A stretch of 64,000 nucleotides of DNA from Lama guanicoe (taxonomy: Eukaryota), in NCBI GenBank assembly GCA_013239625.1, contig MU053156.1, positions 186,467 to 250,466 of the forward strand. The letters are read 5' to 3'. Position 1 is the first letter of the stretch; each line of letters starts with the position of its first letter. A program made the position numbers and the translations under genes. The notes under the pieces were generated by a model. That model was not told the origin of the DNA. It saw only the letters and a list, made by a program, of their open reading frames with translations, and did not search any database. Positions 13,296 through 26,159 of the stretch are shown here, piece after piece.

Positions 13296-16200
13296 CCAGG
13301 TGGGGTCGGTGAGCACAGGGGACAAGGGATGTCAAGCCACAGCTAGGGAGGGCACACTGGTGCCTGACCAGACTGACCTTGGCCCAGGACCTACACTATG
13401 GGCCTTTGCTCAGGCGGCACCTGCTCTGGGAGGCCTGCCTGGTTCTCAGAACCGCACCACACCCAACCCACTCCCCTCCCCAGCCACAGCCAATGTGTCC
13501 ATCTTCAAACCTGCCCCAACCCTGGACTCGCCCAGGTGGGGCCCCTGAGGGAGGAGGCGAGCAGACAGAGCGCATGGAGCTTAGCCGGGGTCTTGGCAGG
13601 GAAGGGGCATCAGGTAGGGGTCCTGTCGAGTGATGTGCCTGACCCCACTTGGGCCTCGGGGCAGTATGGGGACAGTGAAGCCCCCAGTGTCAGTGCCAGC
13701 CACCCAGCAGGAAATGAGCCACAGGGTTTCCCTCCCTAATTCCCACCGCCCGCCCCAGGGACACTCTGCCCCCCCCCCCCAACGGCCGTGTGCTGACGAG
13801 CAAGGCCGTACTGCTCAGACTTCCTGTGACCTGGGGGTGGGGACAGGCAGCCCTGGCATCAGGGAGGGCTCCGCAGGGCACGGATCACCCCCCCCGGCCA
13901 CCACCCGCCTCAGGCCACCTGGGGGGCCAGGCCACGGCTCCAGCAGCAGGTGAAGGATGGAGTCCATTAGGGCCACCATCTGTCTTGTCCGTGACGGGCC
14001 CTCTCGGTGACATCCAGGAGGTATGTAGATGGAATATCTTTATGGGGAGAGTTTTTCTTTTGCCAATTTTCCAGCAGGAAGCCAGACACTTGTCACACCT
14101 GTCCCCGTGTCAGCCTCTGCCTGACATAAACTGGGGCTGAGGTGGGGAGATGAAAGGCAGCCTGGACACGGCCGGAATGCAGGAGCCACGTGTCACACGG
14201 CCGGGAGCATAGCGCAGCGGACCAGCCTCCTGCTGGGGCATGCCGCTGTCAGCCTCCACAGCTCCTGCCCCATCCTCCTGGCTCCAGAACCCCTCCCTCT
14301 GCACCCCTCTGGCCTCACAATCTCCTCCTCTGAACCCTGTCTCCCTCCTCCCGGCACCCAGTGGCCCCAGAGGCCCGGCCCCATGCAGCGGGCGTCCAGA
14401 GTCTCTGGGCTTCTGCTCCCAGCAGGGGCCCGCCCCCTCCCCTCCCCCTTGGCCAGCAGCTCCAGTGCCTCTTTCAGACCCAGGGCCAGTGTGGCCTCAG
14501 TGGGGGCCCTGTGGGGGGCCCAGGCCTCAGACTTTTCATCAGTCTGCCTGCACCCACACTCGCACTTTTCTCTTCTGGGACCTCGTGGCCTTTGGGGTGT
14601 CTCCCTGGGACCCAGAGGGCTTGGGGGCAGAACATGTCACAGGAATTAGAGGCCCCTGCTGCCCGGGGGTGCTGGTCTGAAAGGAATGCTAGAAAGCACT
14701 GTCGAGAGAATGGAGGTAGAAGCCAGGGTGGGGAGGGTCCTGCCCAAGGCGGAGTGTCACCTGCTAGGCCACACCCAGGAACCACAGCCCCAGAGCGTTC
14801 CTTGGCCCCTCCATTAGTCCCTGTCATGTGGGCAAGGCCACCTTGGGAGGGGTCCTGCTCACCGCCAGGGTGACAATGACAGTCCTTCTGCTTCCTCAAT
14901 GGCCCTGGGGTCTTGGCCCCCAAGAAGACCTAACAGCCTTGTCCCCACCAGGCTCACCAGCCACTGCCTTACACGACCTCACCCCTCAGGGGCCCCAGGG
15001 AGCCTGGGGCCAGGGGCCGGATGGGGAGTGACTGGCCAGCTCTGTGCTCTCTGAGGACGAGTCTGGGCTGGACATGTCCCGGGAGAGCAGGGAGGCCTCA
15101 ACCAAGGCAGATGGAGGCAAGAGGCAGGAGACTGCGGGAGGGAGCGTGGCTGGGCTTTGAGAAGGGGGGCTGGGGTACAGGGCCCACTCCCAGGTTCCTA
15201 GCCAGGTGCGCTGTGGAGGCAGGTGGGAGACCTGGTTGCGGGGCGTCCTGTGCGACCTTGGGCCCCGCAGCCCTCCCGAGACCCTCTAACGTGGTGGCCA
15301 GCCAGGACTGGTCTTTCTGGAATTTTGCTTCCAACCGCATCTTTGGGGACAGCAGATGCTTCTGGGCCAGAAGCCACACCAAGGGAACAGGTGGCCCACC
15401 ACCCTGCTGCCCAGGCCCCGCTTTGCCCAAGGACCAGGCAGGAACCCAGACCGCCTTCCCATGGCACTAGAGGCTGGTTGGTGCAAAGTGAGCCACTGGG
15501 TGAAGTCTCCACACAGTGAAGGGAGAGGGACCCTGAACCTCCTTCAAAGTGAGTGCCGTGGCCGGCTCAGTGCCCACTTGCCCCGCCCCCTGCTGGGCCC
15601 CAGCCCCCATCACTGGGTCGCCACAGCATGAAATATACATCACAGACCCCCTTGGGCCGGGCGGCAAGGACCTCACGCAGAAGTGCTGGTGGGAAGGGGT
15701 AAGGGAGGCCCAGACGGGGCCTCTCTGCGTTCAGCATGGTGAGGCCCACACTCACCACACACCTGCCTGAGGGCCACCATGGTGTCCTCAGGGCAGGGCA
15801 GCTGGGGAGGACTTGGGAATCTGAGGAGGCCCCAGGAGGTGGGCCGCATTGCCCACTGGGACTCAGGAAGCCCCATCACCAGCCTCTAATCCCATAGTAA
15901 GTAAGTCCTAGCTCAGGGCAGGAAGCTCCACCAGCACAGGAAGGGGCGCTGGACTGGCCCTGTGGACAGCACTCACCACTGACCCCCGCTTCTCAACCTC
16001 CTATGCGACAGGGAGGCTCAGAGGGTGAGTGACCTGCCAGGTGCACAGCTGGCTCTGGGCTGAAGCCCCAGGCTCCCAATGCCAGGTCCTCGCCTGCCCT
16101 CCCCAGACCACTTCTCCGACAGGTGGGCACCTCTGCTCTCCCTCCAGACCTATGCCCTGGAGGGGGGCCGCCCACCTGCTGCCACCTGATGGCCAATGGC

Positions 16201-18699
16201 CATCCGCAAGGGCTAGGACCACCGGCTCCTGCGACTGCTGGGAGCTAACTCCAGGCACTACCTGAGGCCACCCCACCTTTGTGGCTCCCTGCACCCCAGT
16301 GCCAGGCCTGGGCTGGACTTGGGGATGTGGACATGGGGAGGCAGACAAAGGCATGCATGCCAGGTGCTGGGACCAGGGAGCCAGGGTGGATGAGACGTTC
16401 CTGAATGAGATCTCTGGTCCATGCCTCATTAGGGGTATAGACACAGGAGAGTGTAGGCAGGAGGCGCCCAGCTGGCAATATGTTTTAGGAAAGCATCTCA
16501 AAGCCTGAAAGGAGGATGAGATGGCCGGCAAGGAGCTGTGGGCGTCCATGGCCATGGGCCCAGGAGGGGTCCGGTCCACAGCAGGCCCTCAGTGAGCGAT
16601 AGAAGGGGGTGGGCAGGGTGGGGTCAGCCTTGATGTTGTACTTGCCTTTGGGGAAGGGTAGAGGGAGGTGGCCAGGACTCTGGATCTTGGGCCTGGATGT
16701 AGGGGTGGAGAGGCAGGTGGTACGGGGGTGATCACCACTGGACAGGCTAAATCTGGGGGACTCAGGACACCCAGTGGAGCAGAGCTGCATGTGCAGGGGA
16801 AAGTGGTATGGAGCTGCTGGGTGGGGGCAGCCCGGGAGCCCGAGACCCCCACTCATCCTCATGGGTCTGGTGCACAGCAGGGAGGCAGCAAACATTTGCT
16901 GACAAACCATGGGACCTGAGGGCCAGAGTGGAACTTGTTGACGGGCCAGGCTGAGGCCTCAGAGCTGGCCCTTCCAGGGAAGCCAGGAGGCCAATGAGTC
17001 TGTGGGCTGTGACTTCCCAGCTGGCCCTGAGACCTTCTCCACCCTCCATGCCCAATCTTTGCCCCTTACTCTTTACTAAGCACCTACTATGTGCCTGGAG
17101 CTGCCCAGGATGCCATGAGCCTAACCCATCCCCACTGGCCCTGCACACACCCCACCCACCTCCCCTAGAGCCCAGAACCTCGTACACCTTGGATTCAGAG
17201 AGTTTTCCCACTGAGCTGGGAACACCGCCTCTGTCAACAGCCTTGGATTTCGGACACAGACGCGGCCTCTGGTGACCAGGAAAGGGCGGTGCTGCCCAAG
17301 GTCACACAGCGAGCTGGTGCTGCAAAGGCTGATCCAACGGCTGCCCAGATTTCAGGGTAGGGAGAATTTTGGCAGGTCTCGAGCCCGCCCCACCTGGGCT
17401 CTGGCAGGAGGTAAATAAAGGCAACATCTTGACAAGGTCACAGTGGCTGGGACAGACCATGGACACCATGCTGGGCCCAAGCAATCTTGGAGGCAATCTG
17501 AGAGGGCTCCCTGGAGGAGGTGAGGGGGCTCAGAGCCCCGCCTTGGCCTGAGCCCCTCAGCACTCCACCCCCTTCCTCAATGGGCCCCTCACCCGTCAGC
17601 TTCAGCCTCAGCCTGACATTTCCCGTGACATTTGCTGCAAAGAAATAGAGCCATAAACCCAAAGGTTAAATTTGCACATTGCTTTGCTGCCAGGAGAGCT
17701 CAGTCCCTCCACCCACTAGGTGCCTGGTCGAGGGTATGGGAGATGGCCCACCCATCCCTGGGGCCCATGCTGGGGGCCCAAAGGTCCCCCAACGCCCTCC
17801 AAAGGACCTCAGCCACTGTTTCCCAAAATGGGTTCTTGGGCCCACCAGGCCCCGAGCATGTTATACAGGGGCTCCTGTCAGAGGCACGCCCACTCGCAAG
17901 CTGGAGGCCCTTAGATGCCCTCGGTAAAGAAGCTCCGTCAGCACCTCTTACCCAGCCAGGCCCAAATTTGCTTGACCACAAAACCCTTGTCCAACCCCCA
18001 CCAACATTTCGTGGAACCTCAATTCCATGGAGCATGATCTGTGATGGCATTAGGCCAAGAAGCACCCCCCAGGCACCAAGCAGCTATCTGAACAAAGCTG
18101 AGTCAGCTCCTGACACCCTGGTCCCTTCACTGGGCTCCCCATGTCGCCATTGGCCCAGCTCCACGTGCCAGGACCTGGGTAGGGTTCACCACCTGCCAGG
18201 CCCACCGGGGCCAACCCTAGGCCCTGGTCTCTGCACATGCAGCACCCCCCATGGCCCCTCTGGGAGGGCTGCCAACAGCCCTGCCCTTCAGCTCCACCTC
18301 CTGGGCCTGGCTGCCCTGTGTCCTGGGTTGGTGGTGGGCAAGGCTGTAGGACAGGGCCTCCCTGGCCCATTCTCCATCCCCTACAGGGTAAGACGCAGGC
18401 CCACTCAGTGACAGGACTGTCGGGACACTGCAGGGCAGGCGCGGGGGATGAGTGAAGGGGCAGGAGAGCTGCAGCCCCAAAGCGCCGGCTGCAAAGGACT
18501 GTCCGCAAAGCACAGTGGAATCCTGATCAACTCCTGGAGGCGGACTCCTCACCACCAGCAGAGACGTGACCCCAGGTGCGGGAGAGGTCCGAGGGGCCAG
18601 TCCTTAAGAGGCTGGGAGGGGCTGGGGTCCGGCCCTATCGCCTGCTGGGGGAGGGGCACATGACCATGCCCCCGGGGGACCTGGAGGCCCGCATGGAGG

Positions 18700-18900
18700 A
18701 CATGTCTCCCAGTGTCCAGTTGCACAAACATAGCAGTGAGAGGCCAAGGCAGCTCTGGATAAATAAATAAATTATGGTGCATCCTCGGGGAGGGATTCCA
18801 CACACACCAGCAAACCCATGATGCACAAGAATAGTTCCCGACGTGCAAAATGTTTAAAATACAGCGATAAAAGAAGAAACTGCAGCACAAAACACCGGGT
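18700..18900 (+). mobile_element. Old L1M (L1ME-like) 3' fragment
   Basis: ggataaataaataaattatggtgcatcc... resembles the L1ME 3' region. A-rich island in GC-rich DNA. Confidence 0.45.
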
Positions 18901-20344
18901 GTGGTGGGGCCCGGGTGGGCCCACACACTCCAGCGACAGCATAGGGACAGGCAGGGGTGTGGACATCCTGCCCACCCTCGGGCTGGGCTGCCATTTTCAG
19001 CTCTGTGGCCACCTGTCCTTTACAGCATTTTGTCCTATAAACTCAGGTGCACAAGGATCACATCCCTCCACCTGCCTGGCCCAGAGCGAGTCTGACCCGC
19101 CAGGAATGAGTGAGTAAATGAGTGAACTGGTGTCTGGGTGAAAGCAAAGGCAGCGTCTGGGGTGGGGTGTCTGGAGGGCACAGGAGCAGGCAGGCCACAG
19201 GGTGGGAGACACCGAGGCTGAGAGGCTGCCAAGGCCTGGCCCTGAGAGGCGGGGGATGGGGTGGGAGTGGGGGGTGGTACCCAGAGGTCAGAGCCCTGGG
19301 CACGGGGCAGCCTGAACTTCGCTGACTGTGCACAGCCAAGAGCCCTCGGCCCCACGACGGGGCCCAGGGGCAGGAGTGTCACTCACACTCACTCCTTCCC
19401 ACACTCACTTCAGTTCAATTCACTCATCCTTCGTGAACACCTTCCCTGTGCTCCGTGCTCCTGACCTGTTTCCAGATGCACAGACTGAGGCTCCATGGAG
19501 ACTTTCTGGCCACAGGCCCAGGAAAGCAGGAAACACGGCCCTGTGGGTGAATTCCTTCTGCCCCCACTGGCCGGGACCCTCCTGCTGCACCAGCTGCCAC
19601 AGGGTCCTTGCCACAAAGCCCCAAATAAAGGCCAGGGCAGGGGGCGTGGAGGGGCCGGCCCAGTGTGCTGGTGGTCCCGGGGTCAGCAGAGGGAGGGTGA
19701 GTTCGGGTCCAGAGAGTGTGGAGGAGGCACACTGCACACGCCGGCCCCTCATTGTCTGTCACTTGCAATGAATAACAGCAAACAAACCTGGCCCCACCAT
19801 GAGCCCCGGGCAGCCCTTGGCCTCCAGAGCTCGAGCGCTTCTCCTGTAGACCCCCCGCAATCCCTCGCGCTTGTTGGGACCCGCCGGCCCAGGCTGTCCT
19901 CCTCCATGACCACAGGGAGAGAGCCCACCCTGACCGAGGGGCCCCCAGCGGGCCGTTTCCTCACGCAGGGAAACCACGGCTGGGGGTTCTGCAGGCCCCT
20001 CGCCGGAGAAGGGCAGAGTACAGATGCTGCCCCAGTGCGGAGGCCACATTGAGGGCCACTTCACACCTCCCGTGGTGCCCACTTTCCTTCCCTGCCCCCC
20101 AGCTGCCCACCCCCTTCTCCAACTCCCTGTGACCTCTACGGGCCTTTACTTCCCCATCTGCAGATGGTGAGGGGGAGGGTTCAACTGGCAGACCCAGGGC
20201 TCCTGGAGGGCTTCCCTGCGTGGAAACCGCCGAGTTGGGGGAGGGGTGTTCTGAGTATTTTGAAGGCAGAGGCACTGGGGTCAGAACTCCATGGGGGCCT
20301 CACCCCTTAAGTGCCCCCAGCCACCCTGAGGGAGGCCTGATTAC

Positions 20345-20430
20345 TGGCCTACGTCACAGGTGAGGAGACTGAGGCAGAGGTAAAGTGTCACACCCAAGGT
20401 CACATCACGGTCCGTGGCTGAGCCAGGCCC
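20345..20430 (-). mobile_element. MIR SINE fragment
   Basis: acaggtgaggagactgaggcagagg...cccaaggtcaca...gtggctgagccagg. Confidence 0.7.
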
Positions 20431-22190
20431 CACGTGCAGGCCTTATTCTCCTGCCATGCCACACGCAGGAATCAGGGTTGCGAGCAGCCCTCTGCCAGGT
20501 GGAATCTGGGTGTGACACCACCTGACTCAGGACCTCACCTGGGAGCTGGCTCCTCCCTCACTTCAGCAGGAACAGGAGTGGAATCGGTACCCAGTTTATA
20601 GATGGAAAGACTGAGGCTTAGAAAGGGAGAGTGGCCACCTCCACTGCCTGCCCCACCAGGGGAGCCACCCCTCTGTTTCACCCACACGCCCTCTAAGGAT
20701 GACCTGCTGTCCTCATTCCACAGATAAGAACACTGATGGTGGTGGGGGAGCAGCCTGTGTGGCCTTGCCTCTTGGAGCCCTGGGGGGGCTCCTCCTCACC
20801 ATAGTGAGAGCGGGTCACCAGCACCCTCACCTCATACCCCCACACAGCACCTGAGGCAGGTGACACAACACAGAACCCCTCACCAAGAAGGCTCTTGCAT
20901 GGAGACCCCCAGGCACCCGGGGCAGAGCCTTCCTGAGGTCACTCTGGGTCAGCCATAGGGTGGGCACACACCTGCCCTGAGCTGGACCGAGCAGCAGACT
21001 GTAGAGTACGCCAGGGGACTGGCCTGTTTGTCATGGTGTTGACCTGGAGGTCTGAATGGGCCTTCCTTGCCCAGGTGGGTCCCAGCCCGCAACAGCCAAC
21101 ATTGCCCCAGCATGGGGGCGGGGGAGGAATCGGACATTCCTTCCGCCTCACATCCTGGGCTGGGGCACACTCCCTGAGCCTCTGCTAGAGATTTGGGCAG
21201 AACCTGGCCACGCCTGCCTGGGCACTCAGGGGCACCCACGGCCAGAGGCAAAGAGACATATGCCGATGTGCTCACAGGAACACGCGGTGGTCATGCGAAC
21301 AGAGACACACGTGCAGACGCATACTGAGTTCACACACACAGGCCACGGGCCCTTGGAGTGGGGAGGAAAATACCAGCACACGGCAGGAGGCATAGGTGGG
21401 GCCGGGGTCCTGCAGCCCATTTCTCACTCTCTGAGCTCCGGTTGCCCAGCGCTTCCCCCTTAACACACGTGCATGTAGGCACGGGAATGGGTCCCTTGGA
21501 GGGGCCCCAGTGTGTGCCAAGTGTGGAGACCACAGCAGGCATTGCTATGTGCATGCATGGCCGTGGGCGTGCAGGCGGGGGCGAGGACATGGTTGTGCAC
21601 CCACAGCATGTGTGCGCGTGCACACAGGGCAGCCTGGCATGTGTGTGCACATGCGGTGTACAAGTGTGCAGCCCTTGTAGACACGTGCACGTGCAAAGAA
21701 ACGTGTGTGCAGCCTGCAGCACCGTGGACATCAGCGGGGCATCGAGGGGAGGGGGACCAGGGGAGCACTCTCCAGGCAGGGCATGCCCAACTCCCCCAAC
21801 AGGAGGTCACCCCCAGCCCCATTCCCAGGACCTTACCCCAGGTAGGGGGAAGGGTCCCAGGAGAGCTGCCAGGGAGGGGATGGTGGGAGCCCCAGCATCT
21901 CTGGTGCCCCTCAGCAGAGCCCGCAGGGGCTCTCAGGCTGCGGATAGGGGGTGCTTGGTTGCTGCCTTTCCACGCCCGTCCCCTGGGGGGAACAGCTCTG
22001 GCCCAGCCCCGCCCCCCACGCCCTCTACTGTCGCCAACGCCCCCATTCATCCTGCTGCGGTCTGACCCCAGAAAAAACGACCGCTCCTGGGCTGAGTCCG
22101 CGGGGCAAGGATGGAGGCAGCTGGACACCCCCACCCCTGCTCGGTACCCGCGCTTCTGCAGACCTGCTCGTTAACCCCTTCGCGGCCGGG

Positions 22191-22363
22191 GCGCTCCGAG
22201 GCTGGACCCCACCCTTCCAGCCAGCAGCCCCCACCCCAGCCCCGCCGCCGGCCCCACCGCCGCCGCCAACTTTCCTAGTGCTCAGAGGCTGGACCCCACC
22301 CTTCCAGCCAGCAGCCCCCACCCCAGCCCCGCCGCCGGCCCCACCGCCGCCGCCAACTTTCCT
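22191..22363. repeat. 87-bp period direct tandem duplication (2 copies)
   Basis: 22198-22276 is identical to 22285-22363 (79 bp). Mismatches occur only at the junction. Confidence 0.95.
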
Positions 22364-22542
22364 GGGAAGCGGCAACTTTTCCTGCTGCCTCGGGCTCCGC
22401 CCTCCCGGGGCCGGGGTGGCACTGCGGTGGCCTCGCTGTCGCGCGGTGACCCTCCGCAGCCTCGGCAGCCCGGGCGCGCCCCGCGTCTCGGGAGAGGCTG
22501 CCTGGGTCCCCGCCCGCCGGCCCGCCCGGGCGCGGCACTCAC

Positions 22543-22564
22543 CTCCGGCGGACGCCCTCTTCAT
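22543..22564 (-). CDS. RTN4R: RTN4R coding exon 1 (MKRASAG plus first base of Gly8)
   Basis: ATGAAGAGGGCGTCCGCCGGAG followed by consensus donor gtgagt. Matches the known NgR1 N-terminus MKRASAGG. Confidence 0.96.
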
Positions 22565-22644
22565 CTTAGGGGTCGGGCAGGGCGCGTCGGGGACCGAAAG
22601 TCGCTCCGGGGCCGGCGCCCGTCTCCCCGCGGCCGGGTCCGCAT
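22561..22644 (-). other. Upstream ORF (27 aa) in the RTN4R 5' UTR; stop overlaps main start (ATGA)
   Basis: ATG at 22644 reads MRTRPRGDGRRPRSDFRSPTRPARPLR, then TGA at 22563-22561 inside ctaagATGAag. Translation itself is not shown. Confidence 0.6.
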
Positions 22645-22729
22645 CCAGGCGCCGCCGCTCCGGCCCGGCCCCGGCCCGGCCCCGGGAGGAGGCTGCGCGC
22701 TCCGCCCGGTCGGCTGGGCTGGCGGGCGG

Positions 22730-22843
22730 NNNNNNNNNNNNNNNNNNNNNNNNNNNNNNNNNNNNNNNNNNNNNNNNNNNNNNNNNNNNNNNNNNNNNNN
22801 NNNNNNNNNNNNNNNNNNNNNNNNNNNNNNNNNNNNNNNNNNN
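22730..22843. other. Assembly gap (114 N), probably covering the RTN4R TSS/core promoter
   Basis: Run of n characters 166 nt upstream of the RTN4R ATG. Confidence 0.99.
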
Positions 22844-25800
22844 CGGGGCGCGGGCGGGGGCGCGGGCCGGGGGCGCGAGCCGGGCCGCGGTAGGCGCTCA
22901 GCTCGCCCCGTGCAGCAGTGCCGCGCGGCCCCGGACAAAGGCGGCGCGTTTCTAAAGAGGCGGCGGCCTCTGCAGGCGACCGCGGGGATGGCGGCCCGGC
23001 CCGAGCGGGCTGGGGGCGCGGGCCCAGGGCGTGGCAGCCCGGGATGGCGGCGTTTTGGGGGTCCCCGAGCGACCAGCTCCCCGAAGGGCTTTGTCCGCAG
23101 GCCTGGGAATGCAAGGTGTGCCTCTGCCTGGCCCACGCCCTTCCTCGCCTCAGTAAACCCTGGAGGCCAACCCCCCTGCCCAGCAACCCTTTGCTGAAGG
23201 AGCAATGCTCCAGTTTTCAGTTAGAAAACAGACAAAAAGCTCAAGAGACTTCCGAGGTCCCCACCTGTCTTTGTGGTCCTCTCTGTGCCACCCCAGGGAG
23301 GGGACTCAGTCACAGTCCTGCTCCTACCTCCACAGGTGCCCCTCCATCTGTTCCCTCCTGTGGAATGGGGTCTCCAGCCCAGGAGTTTCTCTTCGAGCCC
23401 ACTAGCTTAGTACTCCTACCTCCACAAAACCAGGTTAGGTGCCAGAGAACCAGTGACACACACTCACACCCCAGGCACACCTGCACAGGCATCCCACCTC
23501 CATCTTCTGCATGGGGATCTACCTGGCCTCACAGCTAAGCTCCTGAGTGCATCCCAGAATCTCCAGCCAGCTGCCAGGCCGGCGTCCCTGCAGGCTGCCC
23601 TGCACGTGGAGGAAGGCTGGGAGCTGGTCAGCCAGATCTGGACCAGCCTGGCAGGTAAGAGCGTCACATGGACGGGGGACTGGCTGGCAGAGTTGGTTCT
23701 AGTCTGTAGGATCCCATGCCCAGGGCAGGCCTTGGGCCCTCTCTGTGACTGGAGCATCCTGGTTGAGGTCTTGGTGGTCCAACTGGGAACCCAGCCCATC
23801 CTGGTGATGTGAATCTGAGGGACTTGGTGACTGGGAAGCCTGGTACACTCTGCCTCCCCACCAAACCAAGCCTCCTGACTATGGAGGCGGCATGGGAGAG
23901 GTCAGCAGAGCACAGGAATCAAGGCCCACTGGCCTCACCCAGGGCACGTGGGACCTGTCTGAGCCCGGTGCTCCCATCTCAGCACAGAATCACAAGCAGC
24001 CTCCTGGGCTGGAGACCAATGGCCGTGCCCATGCCAGGCTGGCCCTCTGGCCTGGTGTGGAGGCCACACTGCCCAGACCCCTCTGGCTGCTGCTCTGTGG
24101 CCCTGACCACACCTCTGCCTGCTGCGTCCTTGCTGCCCCTGTCGCAGTCTTGGTTTTCCAGGTCATTGTGGAGTGCATGCAATTCCCAGACACATAGGAG
24201 GTGAAGAGAGCCAAGACCCCCCAGCTCCTGTGCACTTGTGCCCGCCCCTGGCCAGGCACCCACAGTACCTCCCCGGTGGGTACTGGTTGCTGGGAGACTC
24301 TTTCCTACAGCCACACAGAGGTGTGTGCCCCTTGTGTAGATGAGGACCTGAGGCCAAGTCCACAGAGCCAGCAGGAAGTTGAGGCTTGTCCCCTATGCCA
24401 GCTCTTCCCCTAGGGTCCCTGCATACAGCAGCTCCCAGATCAGGAAGAGTTCTCCCCACAGGGCCATCTCTGACCAGATAACAAGCCATGTGGCCATCAT
24501 TCTGAGGTCAGGGCTGGTGTGGACCAGGATCCCATGCTCCTGGGTGGCTGTAAGGATCTAGAACCCCGGGCGGGCCCACCACTGCTAAGATTGTGCCCTG
24601 CCTGCCTGTAGGTTCAAACCCCCTCCTGCAGCAGCTGGGGGCAGCCATTCTGCGGCACAGGTCCACGTGTTTCAGCCACCAAGCCCGGATGCTCCTGGTT
24701 GTTCTGACCTGGGACCTAGGCCTACCACCTGCCCTCAGGTATGTGCTGTGGGAGTGGGGCTGAGGCCTGCAAGCCAGCCACTGTGGGCCTAGGAAAAGAT
24801 TTCCTGTGCCACCACACACCCAGTCAGCACCTTGGCCAGCGCCTTCCTAGCTCAGCCTGTGGGCTGACTCCTGGGTGTGGGTGGTGGGTGTTGGCTGGGA
24901 GGAAGGGGGAGGTAGGTGTGGGGCAGCACTGAAGGGGCTCCTGGCAGGCAGAAGGGGAGCTGAGCAGGGCTGGGTGGAAGGTCAGTCGGCCTCCAGCAGG
25001 ACACAGCTGGCTCCTCAGGCTAGAGAGCTGGGGAGGACAAGCTAAGGCACATTTATCTGGGTATGGGCAGGCCCAGGAAAGCATGAGCCTGTGGTCAGGG
25101 AGCACAGCCAGCCCCAGGGATCAGTGCCTGGGGAAGGGGCCAGAGACCCCATGGGAAGAGCCTGGCTCCATTGCTGCCCATTTCCTGGAACACCCAGCAT
25201 GGGTGGAGAGATGACAGGCCATTTGGGCCTTGCCAATCTGAGTTCCCCAGGGTTTCTGGACACTTGGCCCTTGAGATTAGGAGTGAGCATGGATTGGAGA
25301 CTGCAGACTGGAGACTGGAGCTCTGCTCCTGGGGCTGAACAAACTTGTCACCTGGGATTCTGCCTGAATTGCCCCCCCACACACCCACCACACATAGGCC
25401 AGGGCCTTCTGTCAGCTCACCCACCACATCCCTCCAGTGAGGCCACATGCAGGGCTGCCTCACCCCCCTGGTCCTGGGGACTAGCCTGTGAGGTCAGCCT
25501 GTCAGGCATGAGAGGGCCCTCCCAGCTGTGTGACCTCAGCCCATCCCCTTGGCCTCTCTGAATTTGAGGCAGCTTGTGGATAAGGCAGACACTAATGCCT
25601 CCTGGGCTATGTCAGCTTGTCAGCTTCCCTCCTTTGTCCACCTCTCCTGTTCCCTGAGAGGCCCACACAGGGCCCTAAGAGGGCACCGTGGAATTCTCCC
25701 TCAAACCTCCAGGTCTGGTAGAATCCAGCTTGGACGAGGGGCCCCTGCCGCTGTGGTGGTGCTGGGTGACAGAACAGGGCTCAACCTGCCCAGAAGCTCC

Positions 25801-26159
25801 AGGAGGGCTCGTTTCCATCCTAGAGAGACACACCTGTGGTGGCTTTGCTCTTGCAGCTGGAGTGGTGCCCACGGGCATGCAGTTCCTCCACACCCTCCCT
25901 GGGGAGGGGCAGGGAACAAAGGGCACGGTCTCTGTCACACACGTTTTGGGACATCCCCGGGCAGTGCAGGGGAGATCCTGTTAGGAGGCTCAGAGAACAT
26001 GCAGCACATCTGCTCTGGCCTGGGTGCTTCTCCAATGTGACCCTTTCTGGCACTCTGGTGGGTGGCTGGGAATGTGGTCCTAATGCCAGGGAGCTGGGGG
26101 GGGCACCAGCCTGCCATCTGCTCTCTCCACGGAGGGCAGCTGCCTGCCCAAGGCCCAAC

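Larger units (their letters stand above)
1193..22542 (-). other. RTN4R: RTN4R intron 1 (21,350 bp, phase 1, GT-AG)
   Basis: Donor GAG|gtgagt at 22542 and acceptor cctctgctctgcctgcag| at 1193. Joining gives MKRASAG-G-SQLL in frame. Confidence 0.93.
22050..23110. promoter_or_regulatory. CpG island / RTN4R promoter and 5' UTR
   Basis: Very high GC and CpG density around exon 1, GC-box-like runs, and a gap typical of hard-to-sequence islands. Boundaries approximate. Confidence 0.85.

Noticed and set aside
17632-18411. 259-aa intronic ORF (likewise 10367-11128, 34869-35675, 37211-37930, 55565-56473, 57840-58688)
   Set aside because: Composition typical of random GC-rich DNA, no recognisable domain or splice structure, and many start at non-ATG codons.
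21951-23205. Long Pro/Arg/Gly-rich ORFs around the RTN4R promoter (334, 256, 214, 206 aa)
   Set aside because: CpG-island stop depletion, inflated by the N-gap and the tandem duplication. Only the internal 27-aa uORF was retained.
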